This document shows positions 12,572-26,927 of a stretch of 64,000 nt of DNA, piece after piece. Below the pieces are notes generated by a model. The model did not search any database and was not told the origin of the DNA. It worked only from the letters and a program-made list of their open reading frames with translations. The position numbers and the translations under genes were made by a program. This DNA comes from Styela clava (lineage: Eukaryota): NCBI RefSeq assembly GCF_964204865.1, contig NC_135261.1, forward strand, positions 10,726,001 to 10,790,000. Direction: 5' to 3'. Each line of letters opens with the position of its first letter. Positions within the stretch are counted from its first letter, which is position 1.

Positions 12572-15500
12572 ATGAACAAAATACCTACAGTATGTCTATT
12601 GATTTTACTCTTCGGATACAGCCATGAAGATGAGCGGGCAGATCAACACTTTGCTTACATTTGTGAAACCGGTAAATCTTTTGTGATAACATTTGTTCAT
12701 AGTTTTGAATTTTTCCACGAATTTGGCCAAACGCCGTGGATTTAACCTTCTGGCCATCACGCGCACGCGTTCTTTAATTAGATTAGAAAGTATTATATCG
12801 AACAATGCTGCAAATCTTATTTGAACAGATGATCCCGTGGGATATGCACAAGTAAATACGACATCAGGATTTGTAACCGGCGTGACAACGTTAAAATCGC
12901 ATGTATTCTGGGGCATACCTTATGCTCAACCACCGGTTGGCGATTTGAGGTAACAATTTAGAAATCTAGTAACAGATAGGCAGAAGTAATACTTATATAT
13001 ATATATCAAATACTATAATATAGTATAACGTATATAGCGTATTATATATAAATTCGGACCTCCCGAAGTATGCGCACCAAGATGGCGCACAACCTGAACT
13101 CAGATTGTGTACAAGGTTAGGGTTCAGGTTATGCGACATCTCGGTGCGCATACTTCGGGAGCAAATTCAATATTTCGTGTGAACAAAATATTAATCTATT
13201 TGTGCTGACGGTAAAGCTTCCGCAACATTTCCAAAAATATTCATTTTTTATCATAATTCCCACACCGTTTCGATAATATTTCTGAGCATTTTTTGCGCAA
13301 CTTCAATTTATAAAATATAAAATCATCTTGCGTTACTAGATTTCAACCACCTAAACCAATTTTAACACCATTGGGAAACATAAATGCCACCAAGAATCAT
13401 TTTCTACAATGTTTCCAATCCAAAAGCTACGAATCTCTCATAGCCGATGGTCATTGTCCTACTCATGTAAGTAAAATTCAATGATAAAATTCAACAAACT
13501 TTTTCAAACGAAAGACATTTGATGTGTTAATTTGTAATGTACCACTGAACATATAGCAATTAGTGTGTATAGCTTGTTCAAACGTTGTACACTGATACAC
13601 AGTCGATAATTTACTCAAAGTAAAATTCATGCTGGTCCAAAAAACTTCTAGAAAATAAGTTTAATTAAAGCTAATAGTTTATTTATGTTCGTTATACCCT
13701 TATACGAAATATAAATTTCCAAAACTTCAAAAATGGCGTATCGGAATGAGGAAATAAAAAAGGTGTCAATACACAATATATATATTTTTATTAAATTTAC
13801 ACCAACAATTTTGCCATGAGGAACTCAATATTTGTTAACTCTCGACTGTTTTTATCACACAGTTGAGTGAAGATTGCTTGATTCTCAACGTCTTTGTGCC
13901 GTCCGCCATTACCTTTGATACTACCATTTCTACAAGTAAACGACTTCCGGTTCTATTTTTTATTCATGGTGGATCATTTAAAGCTCACTCCGGCAACCAA
14001 CCTCGTCACAATGCTGTTGGTCTTGCGAATGCCACGAATACCATTGTTGTAACAATCAATTACCGGTTAGGTAGGTGTTTTGTTTCTTAAACTCCATTCC
14101 GAAACTATCTGTAATCACGTATCACGTTACCTATTGGCTATTGGTATTTATGCATGCATTTCTCACATTTCTGCTACGCACATACTATCTCTGACACGTC
14201 TTTCCGGATGGCGACTCACACCTTATGACGTTAAAGTTTGGCGTCCTCATCACTATTCTAAATATGATGATGTTTCATGATTATGTATCAATACTGGTTA
14301 CTGGTTAACATAATCCTGACCAAGCTCAAAAGTATAAAATTCAGCAATGTTTCATGTTTGGCAGAATAAGTACATAATGTTACTGTCGCGCCTAGCTTTT
14401 GAAAGATTTAAAATGTTATGAAGTAAAAACGAGAATATCGGTCAGAGACCGAAGACTTCTCGATCGAAAGTTAAGGGATCCCCCAAAACCGCGCTCTTAC
14501 TCCATAGTGACACCTTGTGTCCCATCGTTCCATCACTAATTAATTAATAACTCGCTAATTATACGACAAAATTCATCCAAAATCAATAGGCTTCGGGTAC
14601 GACATATGATGAATGCACATGCAAAATCTGGAGCAGATTCAATCTCGCTTTCGTGAGATATCGCGTGCATCTAACAGACAAACAAACAGACAGACAAATA
14701 CCTATCAACATACTTACCGATTAAAATCGATAAGTATAAATAATGATTGCCTCGTTACAATAGAACGATGGTGCTTTTTACCAATATGCATATTTTTGTC
14801 TACTTTCTACTGTTTTACTATCCACTTTAAACACATTACATACTTCAGGTCCATTTGGATTTCTTGTTCATCATCAGAAAGAAGAATCCGATTTGTTGGG
14901 AAATCAAGGACTGAAAGATCAACAACTTGCTATGAGATGGGTTCAAGATAATATAGAAAACTTCGGAGGAGATAAAGAGAAGGTGAATTAAGCTGAAAAA
15001 ACATGATAGAAAACAGAAATTGTCCTAAATAACAATAATTGAAAAATACATAACGTATAATATTAGAAATTAGCTGTTTGCGAAGTGCCATTTTTTTCAT
15101 TTACTTATTTTACCATGTAGCTTGATTGTTATTTTATTTTACTTAATTGATCATGCAACCTCACTTTTTTGTTTAGATTGGTCTGTCAGATACTGCCGTT
15201 AGCGATGAGCTTTAAGTATTTACTTCGTTAATACTTTAACAGGTGACAATATTCGGTAACAGCGCTGGTGCACAGTCTGTGATGTTTCATACACTCTCTA
15301 ACGTTAGTAGAAATCTGTTTAGCAACTCTATTCAACAAAGCAATCCAGCAATCATGTCGTTTTATGCTCCAACAATGGAGATTGCCTCACGTGTAACGGA
15401 TAAACTTTTACAAAAGCTCGGTTGCAACGGAAATCGAAGAAAATGTTTGATGTGAGTTGAAACACAAACTAACAAAGTTTCTTGATAATTTTAAGTATCT

Positions 15501-18286
15501 CTCCGCTTTTGGTGTGAAAATTCAAACGTGATACAAATCATATTTTATTGTTGGTATACAGGTCATGTTCATTTCGTCACCCGTTTTGTAAATACCAGTG
15601 TTGCGTGTTCCCGTGTTTAGAAAATATTGCAAAGTTAAAATATATAAAAAAAATTAACATTTGTTGCAGAGATTCTACAGCAGAAGCTATCGTGGAGAAA
15701 ACAAGTGAGGTCGAGACAATGACTTACAAGGACGAAGGAATTGGCCTATATTTGTCTGAAGCGTATCAGCCTGTGGTGGACGGAGTCGAGTTTGCCGATC
15801 AACCGGTAGCTCTATATCGTGATGGCAAATGGAACAGTGATAAACACATGATTATAGGAGTTAGTACGCAAGAATTTGAAAATATTGAATATAGCTACCC
15901 ATATGGTTTCGTAATGGATGTGGAAACTTTTTTTGTAAGTATAAATTATTAACATATATAAATATATTAAGACATGATTCCATTAAATGCCTAACTAAAA
16001 TGAGTAGTGTGACCAGGCCATTAGGGCCATCACAGTGACATTACGCTCGGAGAGGATGTTAGGGAATGTTATTCATTATCTAGTCCCGGTGAATATTAGA
16101 AGGATTTGAGTAGGTATATTTATTGATGACAAAAGTTACACACGAATCCTATATATATATATATATATATGTAAAAACCTCACACTTTTTAAAATAAATC
16201 TTCAATAGGCGATAAAGAAGGTAGAGTTGGGTAAATAGAGAAATTGGGAGGGTGAGTGGGGTTGATGATTACGTTCACCAACATTGCTGAACCGTGTGAC
16301 CATTGGTTGATTTATGATTGTTATTTACCAGGACCCTTATGCAGAAGCAAGCTGATATTTCGTTGAAATTTAAATAGGCACAGATATATTCTTGAAGACA
16401 GTAGTCGATTTTAAAATTACAATAATATTGTTTTCAATTTCAATCTTTTTGTTCACGGGTGTTGCTTTACCCCACAGGATTTTATGAAACCGTGGTTCGA
16501 CGAGGAAACAGCAAGCAAAATTGGAGAAAAATACGCAACTACGTATAATTTGGATGAAGCCGATGACATGAATAAGATATTTTGGAAAATATACTCTCAC
16601 TATTATTTCAATTGCCCCAGCAGATTATTGGCAAGGTAATCCGGTTATTCGTGATTGTGATACATTTGGTACAGAAATATCTGCAGTTCATGCTAAAGAA
16701 ACAACGATGACACAACAATTTTATATTAAAACCACTCGTGTCAATTTATTTCATTTTAGCTGATTTCTTCATCTTGGGATTCAATCGGTGTCAAAATCAA
16801 TACTCAACTCCAGTATTCATTTGCACGTTTAATTCTTGCGATCAGTCGTACTGTCGATTCAAAATAATAAATGAATTTAGCAGAATATTTAAGACGTTTT
16901 TCATACTTTGAGGTACATGTCTGTCAATATAGCTTCTTCAATTACTGCCTCACTCCATGATTCAATTAATTTATCTTTTTTATATATTCATACTATATTA
17001 TATATAGTATATATATCATGTAATTTCAGACTAGCGTCCAACACCACATCTTCCTCAGTTTATTTTTATGTGAATGACCGTAAAATACTTGATGATCAAT
17101 GCTTTGCAAGAGATGGAAATAAATCAAAGTGCTACTTTGCCTTCCATGCAAGCGAGATTGAATACATATTCAGGACGTTCGAAAAAGTTCGGTAGGTGGA
17201 AATGATTACGATCTATCGTGTGGAACGGATGGGATTTTGAATGTACATCAAGTTTGCAGACATGCCATTTCACGTCAGTGGTCTCACCAGAAACTTCCTG
17301 TTAAAAACGTGGGCCGAAAGTCTAGACCTAATTTTCACAAGGATGCATCTCTCACGAATTGAAATAGAAACGCAACATTTTTTTGTGAATACATCCGTAT
17401 CCAACACAATTTTGCAATATGGAATATCTTACAGAATATCGACAATTTAGAGATATATTATTACACAAAATACACTTTGAATTTACTGTTTGTGTTTTAA
17501 GGTTTCCTGAAATGCAATTTTTATTTAGAAACGACAACTACACTGCTGATGATTTGCTGATTGAAAACCTGTATAGTACTTATTGGGGAAACTTTGCCCA
17601 CACCGGGAATCCTTCATCTAAGTTGAATACCTATATTGACGATTTACCGATTTGGCCAGAATATAAAAATGACAAGGGTGCGTATAAGAAAGAAATAATA
17701 AAAAAAGGGTCATAAATTCAGCAAAATTCACGGATTGAAGTTTACATATATATATATAAATATATATATTTGCGAAGATATCACAGAGCATAAAAATATC
17801 TTCTAAATCTAAAACATACGACGTAACTAACTTAAATAGCTCACATGTATAAGCATACCTGGCAATTTTACTTAGCTAAAACATGGTTGCGTTCAGTTGT
17901 TGTTGTGTTTTGAGTTTTAGAGTATGTAAAAGTTACATACTCTGGAAACCAAGGCTCTGCATTACACAAATTTTAGGTAAAGCATTTGATTTGTAGTTTA
18001 AATAATTTATGATTATTGAAATAATACAGATCCGAGTAAGAGCTGGCTGCACCTTATGATACAAGCCCCCAGAAGCACTATACAAAATGAGTATTTGGAA
18101 GAGATTTGCGACTTCTGGGACAGCATTAAGTATGGTGTAAAAGATGAGGGTTCTGAAATACCAAACGCTACCGAAGTAGCATCAACATCACCATCTGCCC
18201 CGACTACCAGTAGTGGCGAAAATGGTAAAATAATGCACAAATTGTTGTTGATTGCTTCATTTTTGTTTTTGTACTTCAATGTATAG
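12572..18286 (+). CDS. Type-B carboxylesterase/lipase A (secreted, probably GPI- or membrane-anchored), 11 coding exons
   Basis: Exons ~12572-12671, 12829-12949, 13340-13466, 13863-14070, 14849-14982, 15243-15451, 15670-15935, 16478-16635, 17030-17191, 17502-17677, 18030-18286 splice GT-AG in frame. Motifs: GIPYAQPPVGDLRF, SEDCL, HGGSF, NYRLG, WVQDNIENFGGD, GNSAG (Ser), STQEF (Glu), FHASE (His). It has a signal peptide, a Ser/Thr-rich stalk and a hydrophobic tail. Confidence 0.92.
13060..13161. repeat. ~100-bp palindromic MITE in intron 2 of gene A
   Basis: Near-perfect hairpin CTCCCGAAGTATGCGCACC...GGTGCGCATACTTCGGGAG. Confidence 0.7.
14428..14736 (+). mobile_element. Helentron-associated (HINE/DINE-1-like) non-autonomous element
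   Basis: 5' hairpin ACTTCTCGATCGAAAGT, an (ACAG/ACAA)n tract and a terminal hairpin TACTTACCGATTAAAATCGATAAGTA. The same 5' end occurs in reverse at 60371-60430. Confidence 0.6.
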
Positions 18287-19080
18287 AATTACAAATTATC
18301 CGTTTTGAGTCAGAAATAGACAGTCATTTTTCTTTTAGGAAATATTCATACGAGCGTTGATTTTTATAAGCAACCTGTTTTATCAGCGTGGTTGTCATAC
18401 CTCGCCTCATAAACAAGTATTGCAGCTGAATATGCAAGATTCTATTTTGCAATTAAAAGTGTAGTGTGGCGATTTCTAATATACATTAGAAAAAGAAAAG
18501 TAGCGCTTCTGACCATTCAAAGTACATTACTTCTTCAGTATCCAAGAACATTTCCCAAACTTGTTCAGAATCAAATGTTTTGTACTTTATTTTACATAAT
18601 ATAAATCACTGTACTAACAAGATAATCTCAAGAATTTTTTTGATGACCCTGTAAATGCTTCTGTCAGAACTTGATTTAATAGCAAAAAAAATTCTGAAAC
18701 CGAATCGTGCATATATTTTCATTTACGGGCTGCGACACAATAGAATAACTGTACTTTCGGCAAAACAGTGTTAATTGAATCTGTTTTCTGTTGTAAGTTT
18801 CGACTTATATCGATAACGAAAGAGCCAGAAATATAACAGTATTTTAAGACTACTAGTGTTAAATTCGTTTTTTTATTTAATTAGTTTATTGTCAGCAGAA
18901 GCGCTTTCTGATGAGGTCGAAAACTGTTGATATAAAATGTAAATAGTGGTTCATCTATAATTATTCTAATAAAATATGTTTTGGCATGTAAACAAAATCG
19001 TTTAAAAAATTCAGTGATCTATTTACAAAGCATTACGTCATACTAGCATCATATTTTGGCGTGTTGAAAATCACGAGCAC

Positions 19081-22000
19081 TTAGAATTTGGAACCAATAA
19101 TTGAGATTAATGCACTGATAATAACTTGCCAAATGTTTACTTGGATAAGTACCCCGGCGTCTGTAGTAAACTGTTGACCACTTGTGATCGACATCGACCC
19201 AGTGGTAAATTCAGCAGTTTTTCTGTGCACGTAGCCAGTTTCATCCCAAAAATTACAAATACTTTCTTTGTATTTTTGTTTCACCTCGCTCGCTGTATTT
19301 ATAAGCAGGTAATTCCAGTCTGCAAAATGTAGCATATTCATTTGAAGAAGTCTATAAAAATTATTTGTTTTCTCAACAAGCTATTAGCGTATTAAAACCA
19401 TATTATATATAAATAAATATCTATAAGATAGATGCACAAGATTTTGATTGAAAATATACTATGCAAAAATTTACGTCTTTTCTCACCTGTACTGTATTTG
19501 AATTCGGGCCAGAAGGAAAAACTATCATTATATTTCATCGAGTCATTTGAAGGATTTCCGGTTCTGGAGAAACTACCCCAAAATGCACTAAATTGATCTG
19601 CAACTAATTCATCTTTAGCAGGGAAGTCGGCAGTTCTTAAAATTTCAAAATGGATCCCCCGGTCATTCGTTGGTTTAATAGCTCATTGAGAGACACTAAT
19701 ATCTATAGTAATCGATATTAGTTGGTAGATAAATCGCAAAATTCGTATGGCACTCAACATCAATGACAGTAATTTTGAAACTCTAAAATTCCCAATATGT
19801 TAAATTAGATAGTAGAACCTAGGTGCTCATTCCTCTGTAAAACTGGGAATATAATTTTCTCGTACTTTTTGTACAAATTTTTTTATTGGTTGGAAAAATA
19901 AACTTGACTTGACTTTAAGAAACGACATCTACAACGCTGTTTCCGGTCGGTGACGGTGAGTATAGAAAATAATTACGACTACTTTATCGCATGCATACAT
20001 TAATATTAACATAGTAGACTATAGGACACTTACCGAACTTCTTCGTAAGTACGAAAGACGTATTCCAATTCTGAAGCATGGAACGAGTAATAACACCCTG
20101 TTTTATTGCCATCATTAGCAGTAACGCACGTATCCAGCAAAACTTTTCGATTATTTGCGTAGAAATAAACTGAGGAATTGTCGGAAGTATTTGCTGCATA
20201 TCTAAACACAAAAATTGCAAATCGTGAGTTTAAATCATTGAAAATCATGTTCTAGTCATTGCAGATTAAGAGTTTTCTAGTTTAGCGCTGGTTAGTTCAG
20301 CCACGCTAGATCTTAGGGTAAACCGCATGTACTCCTTGATTAAGATCGCCATTTCAAATCGACGAGCTTTCGTATCTACATTAACAGCAGGTTCTTACTA
20401 TCGTCCTCATTAGTATGAAAAGGTGATTCAGCTCAATTATCGGATTTTTTAAAATTGAAAACAAAATGAATAATTTTTGAACAAATTTTGAAAAACCCTG
20501 TTACTAAATTGGCTACTGCGACTTCATTACTTAACTACAGTTGCCACGAGAATATGGTAAAAGTTAAAAACGAACAAATTGATATGGACGAATTGAATAA
20601 CAATAACAAAATGTAAAGTTGCTATAGCCTGCAAAATAGATGATTTGTTTATCTCACTTTGCCATCAGCAAACTAGGACAGACAAGAGTGTAATCCGTGA
20701 GAAGTTTTCCAAAGGTTACTCGGAAGTCTTCACCTTCTTTCAATGGGTATAATTGCTTATACTTTTCAACAACGGATGGAGCAATGTCGCCACCAAACAA
20801 AGCTTTGGTAGCAAGCTAAAATTTGAAAATATTTCGCGTATGGAAATATAAAATGTTCAGTGCGCTGCATAATGGACTTGGTGGGATTCTTAACAAATCG
20901 ACCTGTCACAAATTTCACAATAGGCTAATGCTATAGCAAAAGCAACAAAAAATCACGTGAGCAATGTTCAAATATACGGATACGAAGACCAAAACGAAGT
21001 AGTATCAAATCTTCTACAGCAGGGGTCGGCAACCTTTTGTCGCTCGCGGGTAAGCAGTGGTGGGATTCAGCCGGTTCGCTCCGGTTCTATAGAACCGTCT
21101 CACGGAATTTTGTGAGATCAGCAAACCGGTTAGCATTACTGGTTACTTTCAATGTTTTGCTTGTAGCAGAACCGGCTGAAAAATATGACTTTTGTGAAGG
21201 AACCGGCTGACAAAAAATTTGAATAAATATTTCACCCACGATTTCCCCAAAAGTCATATTCTGAATGTAGCTGAAACTGTGGAACAGCTACCGTAACTTA
21301 CCAGTACCGGTCGGACTGTCCTGGCTTTCCCAGGCCCTGTGATGATGATTCATGCGTCTAGTCTCAACATGAATCGAATTACCGAATGATTCGAGTCACA
21401 ACTGCAGTATCAAATCGTTTACCTTAGCTACTTTACTTAGCCTAGTCTATCGTATCGGTATCTCCGAAAAAGAATTCTAAACAACATCAATTTAACAAAA
21501 CGATTCATAGGTCCATTTCGTGTCCAAAAAGAATACCAAGAAGAATACTAACAGCAACAACAATAACAACAATTTAGCAAAACGATCCATAGATCCACTT
21601 CGTGTCCAAAATGTAGTAAAAATTGGAGAGAATATTGGAGATACACTTTCCTCATCTAATCAGAGCTTCTTGTAGGCATTTCGTACACATTTACTCATGA
21701 AGATCGTAAATTTTTAGTATGACTAAGCACTCGCGGACTAACGGGAATAATTTCAGACCTTGGCAGCAAAGCGAGTATCAAATAGGCAAATTGGTCATAC
21801 ATAACAAATCGACGATGTTGGGCAAAACTCCGAAATGAAAGGCTCCGATTTGATTTGATGGAAATGGTTTTGACATTTGCATTGTAATGTTTTTAATTTT
21901 GTTAATTACACACGTTTTCCGCGGTACTTTTATTATACTTTTATATAATTTATTATCACAGGCAGCAGCTTAAAAATTTTAGCGGATGCATTGGATTTTG

Positions 22001-25000
22001 ATTGAATATTTCGCGATACATACCTTGAACCTGTATTCATTATAAATCGACTATCGTTATTCCATACTAATTGCACATAGACTTTTAATCCACCACCTGA
22101 CCAAACTATGTGGTAGGAATTGTTTGGTTACCATTAACTTCGAGCATTTTAAAAAATTGTTCAAACAGTGAAAAATATAAAATAAAGATATGTAAAGCAT
22201 TAGAAGGTTTACCATAAAAAACTGCTCATCGTATATAATTTCTTGGGAAACACCCGCCTGATATTCAGATTCCTGCGTGTTGATACCAATAATCATATTT
22301 TGTTGTTTGTTCCATTTTCCATCTCGGTATAAAGACATAGGCTGATCGACAAACTCTACTTCGTCAATAACTGGAAGATAGGTTTCTGCTATATACATAA
22401 AGAGTTCTTCCTCAAAATATGTTAGAAATTCAACTTTGGCTGTCTGATTGACAATGGTTTCTGGAGACGAATTCCTGTGATTGCATAAAATTATCGATTT
22501 ATCAAAGTGTTTGAATTTTATACCGTATAATAAAGTAATTAGTAATAAATGCCGAAAACTACTGTTAAATAGTCAGTATTTATAAATAATCTTTCTAGCT
22601 TATCAATTGACCAGTCATGTTTATGCATCTCACATCAAACATTCTCTTTCGCTTCCAAAGCAATCGAGGTTCCGCAATAGTCTGTCGGTTATTCTGAGCG
22701 ATTCATCGATGGAAGGATAGACAAATGAAAATAAAGCCGGGTTGCTTTGTTGAATTGAATTACGAAACAAATTTTTGCTGACACCGGAAAGTGTGTGAAA
22801 CATAACCGATTGTGCACCGGCACTGTTGCCAAATATTGTCACCTGGAACAAAATTGAAATTTACATAAGATATGAGTCATTTACAGATTCTCGTGAGATA
22901 CCAAGTGGAATCTGTTGTCATCCACAGCAGTGTAGAATCAGAGTTTTTTTTTAATTCGGGATTAGTCTTTGGATAGATTCGGACCTGATGTTTGAATAAA
23001 CATACGTCATTTTCCCATATATATTAATTTAGTCACTTTGTTTTAAGATGTAGCTAGCCACATTATATTTTGTACTTTAAGATTTGCTCGTGGCTAATTT
23101 GGCTTCATTTCGTTCATGTATTGATCGTCCTTGTGTACAACAGTAAACGTCTTTGAACGTCCATCGTTGTCAACGTGACGTAATGCAAAACTGATCATTC
23201 AACATGACTGGATACCGTAGACCAGGGGTGGCCAACACATCGATAGCGATCGACCGGTCGATCTCGTGTGATGTTGAGTAAATTTAATAACATACCTCAA
23301 ACCAAATACCTTGAACCAGTTTCATAAAGCGCCTGTTGTTGTGTTAAACATGAAGCATATAGTATTGTACAATAAAATACGATATACACATGTAGTAATT
23401 GGGTAGGGAAAAGCTCGATAGAGCATAATATTACGTAACAAATGCTAGTTTCACTTCTGCAAAGTTTTAGAAATGAACTTGCAGAATATCGTGCTTCTTG
23501 ACTGGCAAACGATCCTACAACAATTTCTGCACTGTGCGAAAGTTGTTGTCTTACTCCAAGAGTATAGTGTGATAAATTTTATTCGCAACTGTAGCAGTGG
23601 CATCAGAATGACCAATTGTTTTCTAATTCGAAGCGGGCAAAGGATCGGACTTGAAGAAATTTGTAAATTAGATGCTGAAGTTTTAGCAGTCATGTAACAT
23701 TTATGGTTTGGGTATATTCATTTTCCAAAGGGTACTTTTCAAAGTTTTTTATGAATTGAAAACACTTACGACTAAAAATTAGACAGGCCCTAGATTTGAA
23801 TTGTATGGTTTGAATAAATCTAAAATAAATAAATAAATAAATATCAAACATTTACTCCGGGTACAATTACATAATCAAATTAACAAATTGAATGGAATAT
23901 AAAATATGTTTTTGAGAATGCGCTCTCAGAGCCGAGATTATTGGCAGCGGTGGAATTTTTGTATGCGTGTCTTCAGTTATCTGCGTGTTCAGTATTCATT
24001 CATTTTTGTTTATGATCTTATTACCGATCAGTCGATCGCAAGCTATTTTGGAGATTTTAGACGATCGCGGTCGAAATCAGGTTGGCCACCCCTGCCGTCG
24101 ACCTATAATCCGAGTAAAATCATCAGCATATTTAAAAAAAATAGTACGCTTTTTATTTAATATAATAAGTGGCATCTGTCAAATTTTTTTTGGTTCTTTA
24201 TAAACCTCCATAATAAATACTTATTCGTACCCTTGTTTTATCTCCTCCAAAATTTGAAATATTATCTTGTACCCATTTCAGAGCAAGTTGTTGATCTTTC
24301 AGTCCTTGGTTTCCTTTTATTTCGTTCACTCCTGTTTGTCGGTGCGTCAGAAATCCAAAGGGTCCTAAAATTTACGAGGCCAAGGTTACAGAAATATGCT
24401 TTTCCGTTTTTGCTTTTAAAACACTTGCATGTTTACTGATTTTAAATCCTCATTTGTTGGATGCCACTGACAATATATCTACAGCAGAGCGTTTAAAATA
24501 CATTTCTCTTAGGTTACAGATACTGCTCGTGACAGCTTTATTCAATTTTCCTTAACATATTTGAGCCTTTGCTAAATGCAAATATATAAATATATTATTA
24601 CGTCAATCAAGGGTATATATAAAAACCTTTACTTAATATGTCTTACGGGTCTATGCGGTTTATCTGTGAAGACCTTTCAGTGATAGAATATACCTTGCTT
24701 ACCCAAGCGATAATTGATTGTTATTACGACAGTGATTGAGAAATTTGCGAGTTCTCTTCCATCTATTCGAGGCTGATTTCCGGAATTGAGTTTGAAAGAA
24801 CCCCCGTGAATATAAAATAGTACTGGTAGAGTTTGAGTAGAAGCAGTTGCCGCATTCGACAAGTTAACGCTAGCCGGAGAAAACACGTTGAGTACCAAGC
24901 AATCTTCCTTCATCTTAAAAACAAGAAATGAATGCTCAAATATTTGAGCACGGAAGCAACAAAATACTGTGCCCACAATTTTCACAAAATCAAATTCTTA

Positions 25001-26123
25001 ACAAATCTGGAACAGTGGAACAGCTACCGAAACTTCTCAGTACCGGTACCCAAACTGTCTTTCCCAGGTCATGTGACGATAATGATTCATGCATCTAATC
25101 TCGAGGGGAATCGAAATATCAGTTGATTCGAGTTACTACTGTAGTATCAAATCTTTTACAGTACCGATAGTCTACCTTCAGCTTATTCAAACACTATCGT
25201 TTCCCCTGACCAGGGATCGCTGACATGCGATCGCGAAACCGCCACTGGTAATTTTTGATTTACTCACATGAAACTTCGAAGTGAAACAGCGAATTCCATA
25301 AAGTCCAAATTTTTTTTTATAAATAAATTAAAGTAATAGCCATCCAGAGTCAACAACAATCTAGAAATTTGAAAGCAATTGGTCCAGTACTAGAAGAAAA
25401 AGACGTTTTTTTCGCAACAAGTAGAAGAAAAAGAAGAATACTAACAACAAAAACATAATAACAAAACAATCCATAGCCACATTTTGTGTCCAACAAGAAT
25501 TTGTAACTAGTTAGTCGTTTAAATCGAACAATATCTCCGTATTCAACGGTCAACATAAATAGTCTACTTACGTTTAGTTTACACAATTTGGGTGGAACCG
25601 TGGCACAATTTACATCGTATTGGTAACACTGTAGAAAATCATTTTTTGTTCCGTTTATGTGCTTTAAGGGCGTCACGATAGGCTCGGGTGGCTGGAATCT
25701 AAAAAATCAATTACAAATGAATTCATATTCAGTTTTATTGATTGGGGCGGATGTAAATACTGACCTTAAGTCACCCACGGGCGCTTGTGCATACGGAATT
25801 TGCCAGAATGAATGAGTCTCACTTGTTGAAGCGCCAGTGACAATGCCGGATGATGTATTTACACGAGGGAAATTTGTCACGATTTCTGAAAAAGGGTACA
25901 ACTTTAGTAAGAGAATTTTTATATTGAATATGATACTACCAAGTTAGGCCTACTGGTTACCTTCAATTTTAGCGGATTGCTGATGTGATTGACCTTGCTC
26001 GTTGTTGTATTCTTCCAAAATGTGGGAGTGCGACTGTCGTAAATTCAATATCTGGTCATATGTTGTTTCTTGCGCGAAGCTGAAACTAGTAATCAAGCAC
26101 ATTGATGATATTATTGTCAACAT
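19081..26123 (-). CDS. Type-B carboxylesterase/lipase B (secreted, hydrophobic C-terminus), 11 coding exons
   Basis: Starts MLTIISSMCLITSFSFAQ at 26123. Exons ~26123-25994, 25885-25765, 25698-25572, 24913-24703, 24364-24231, 22842-22634, 22474-22213, 20816-20659, 20200-20033, 19635-19497, 19322-19081. It has the same motifs (QIPYAQAPVGDLRF, EDCL, HGGSF, GNSAG, NTQES, FHASE) and the same intron positions as gene A. Confidence 0.92.
21020..21215. mobile_element. Two truncated hAT-type ends (one nested in the other) in gene B intron 7
   Basis: CAGGGGTCGGCAACCTTTT followed by CAGTGGTGGGATTCAGCCGGTTC with repeated GAACCGG subterminal motifs. No matching right ends were found. Confidence 0.5.
23223..24094. 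mobile_element. Non-autonomous hAT element in gene B intron 5
   Basis: TIR CAGGGGTGGCCAAC / GTTGGCCACCCCTG; TSD CCGTAGAC / CCGTCGAC. Confidence 0.85.
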
Positions 26124-26927
26124 CTTAAATTATCCACCAAACACTGCGATGAAACCACAGAAAGATCTTTCTGAAATTCGTTGTACCGTTTGTAATAATT
26201 GTTACTATTTCTTTTTCAATTCCGAACACAGTCGACATCTGGTCGCCGTAACTGACCGTACAGATGCCCATAAAAAGTGTAATTCCGTCATTCTTTGTGA
26301 AATGTACATTTGTATTATGTTAGATATTTATAATTTACATAATCATTTTGACGGTCTTCGACAAACATATAAATTTTATATTTTACGCTATTTATTTTAT
26401 CTTTATACCTGGAAAGCTGAATGCTGGGATAATTAAATTTTTGATATATATTTGTTCAATGTATTCACTGGAAATACTTATATAACCAAAAATCCAAAAT
26501 TTCAAGTGAATTGTGATTACGATCCTCAAGCCTGACATTATCACTTGTATCAATATTCACATGCGATTTTATTTTGAATAAAATTACCCAAGGTGAGAAA
26601 AATTATCCAGCGCAAGAACTAGTAGTAGAACTCTCTGCGAAGAGCTCTTCAGCTGCGTCCTATATATATCGTCGAACCAATATCTCGTTATCTTGAGCCA
26701 TTTCAGATACCATATGGTACGTTCCTGTTCTATATAAAACCAAATTTTAAATATTTGTGACCGTTCAGATTGTAAACATGGAAACAGCTATTACACAGTT
26801 TGCCAAACAATTAAATATATTTCATGGCATGCGTTAACAATAGGCTAAGATGCAAAGTTAATAGCGCTAATAAAAGAACGATCCATTTACGTTTGACCGA
26901 GAGCAATTTCTAGAGCGTCCATTATAC

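Noticed and set aside
18890-18932. CTGATGAGGTCGAAA, resembling a hammerhead core
   Set aside because: Stem II would be only 1 bp with a 2-nt loop, there is no properly placed NUH cleavage site, and the motif is absent from the duplicated copy near 7780.
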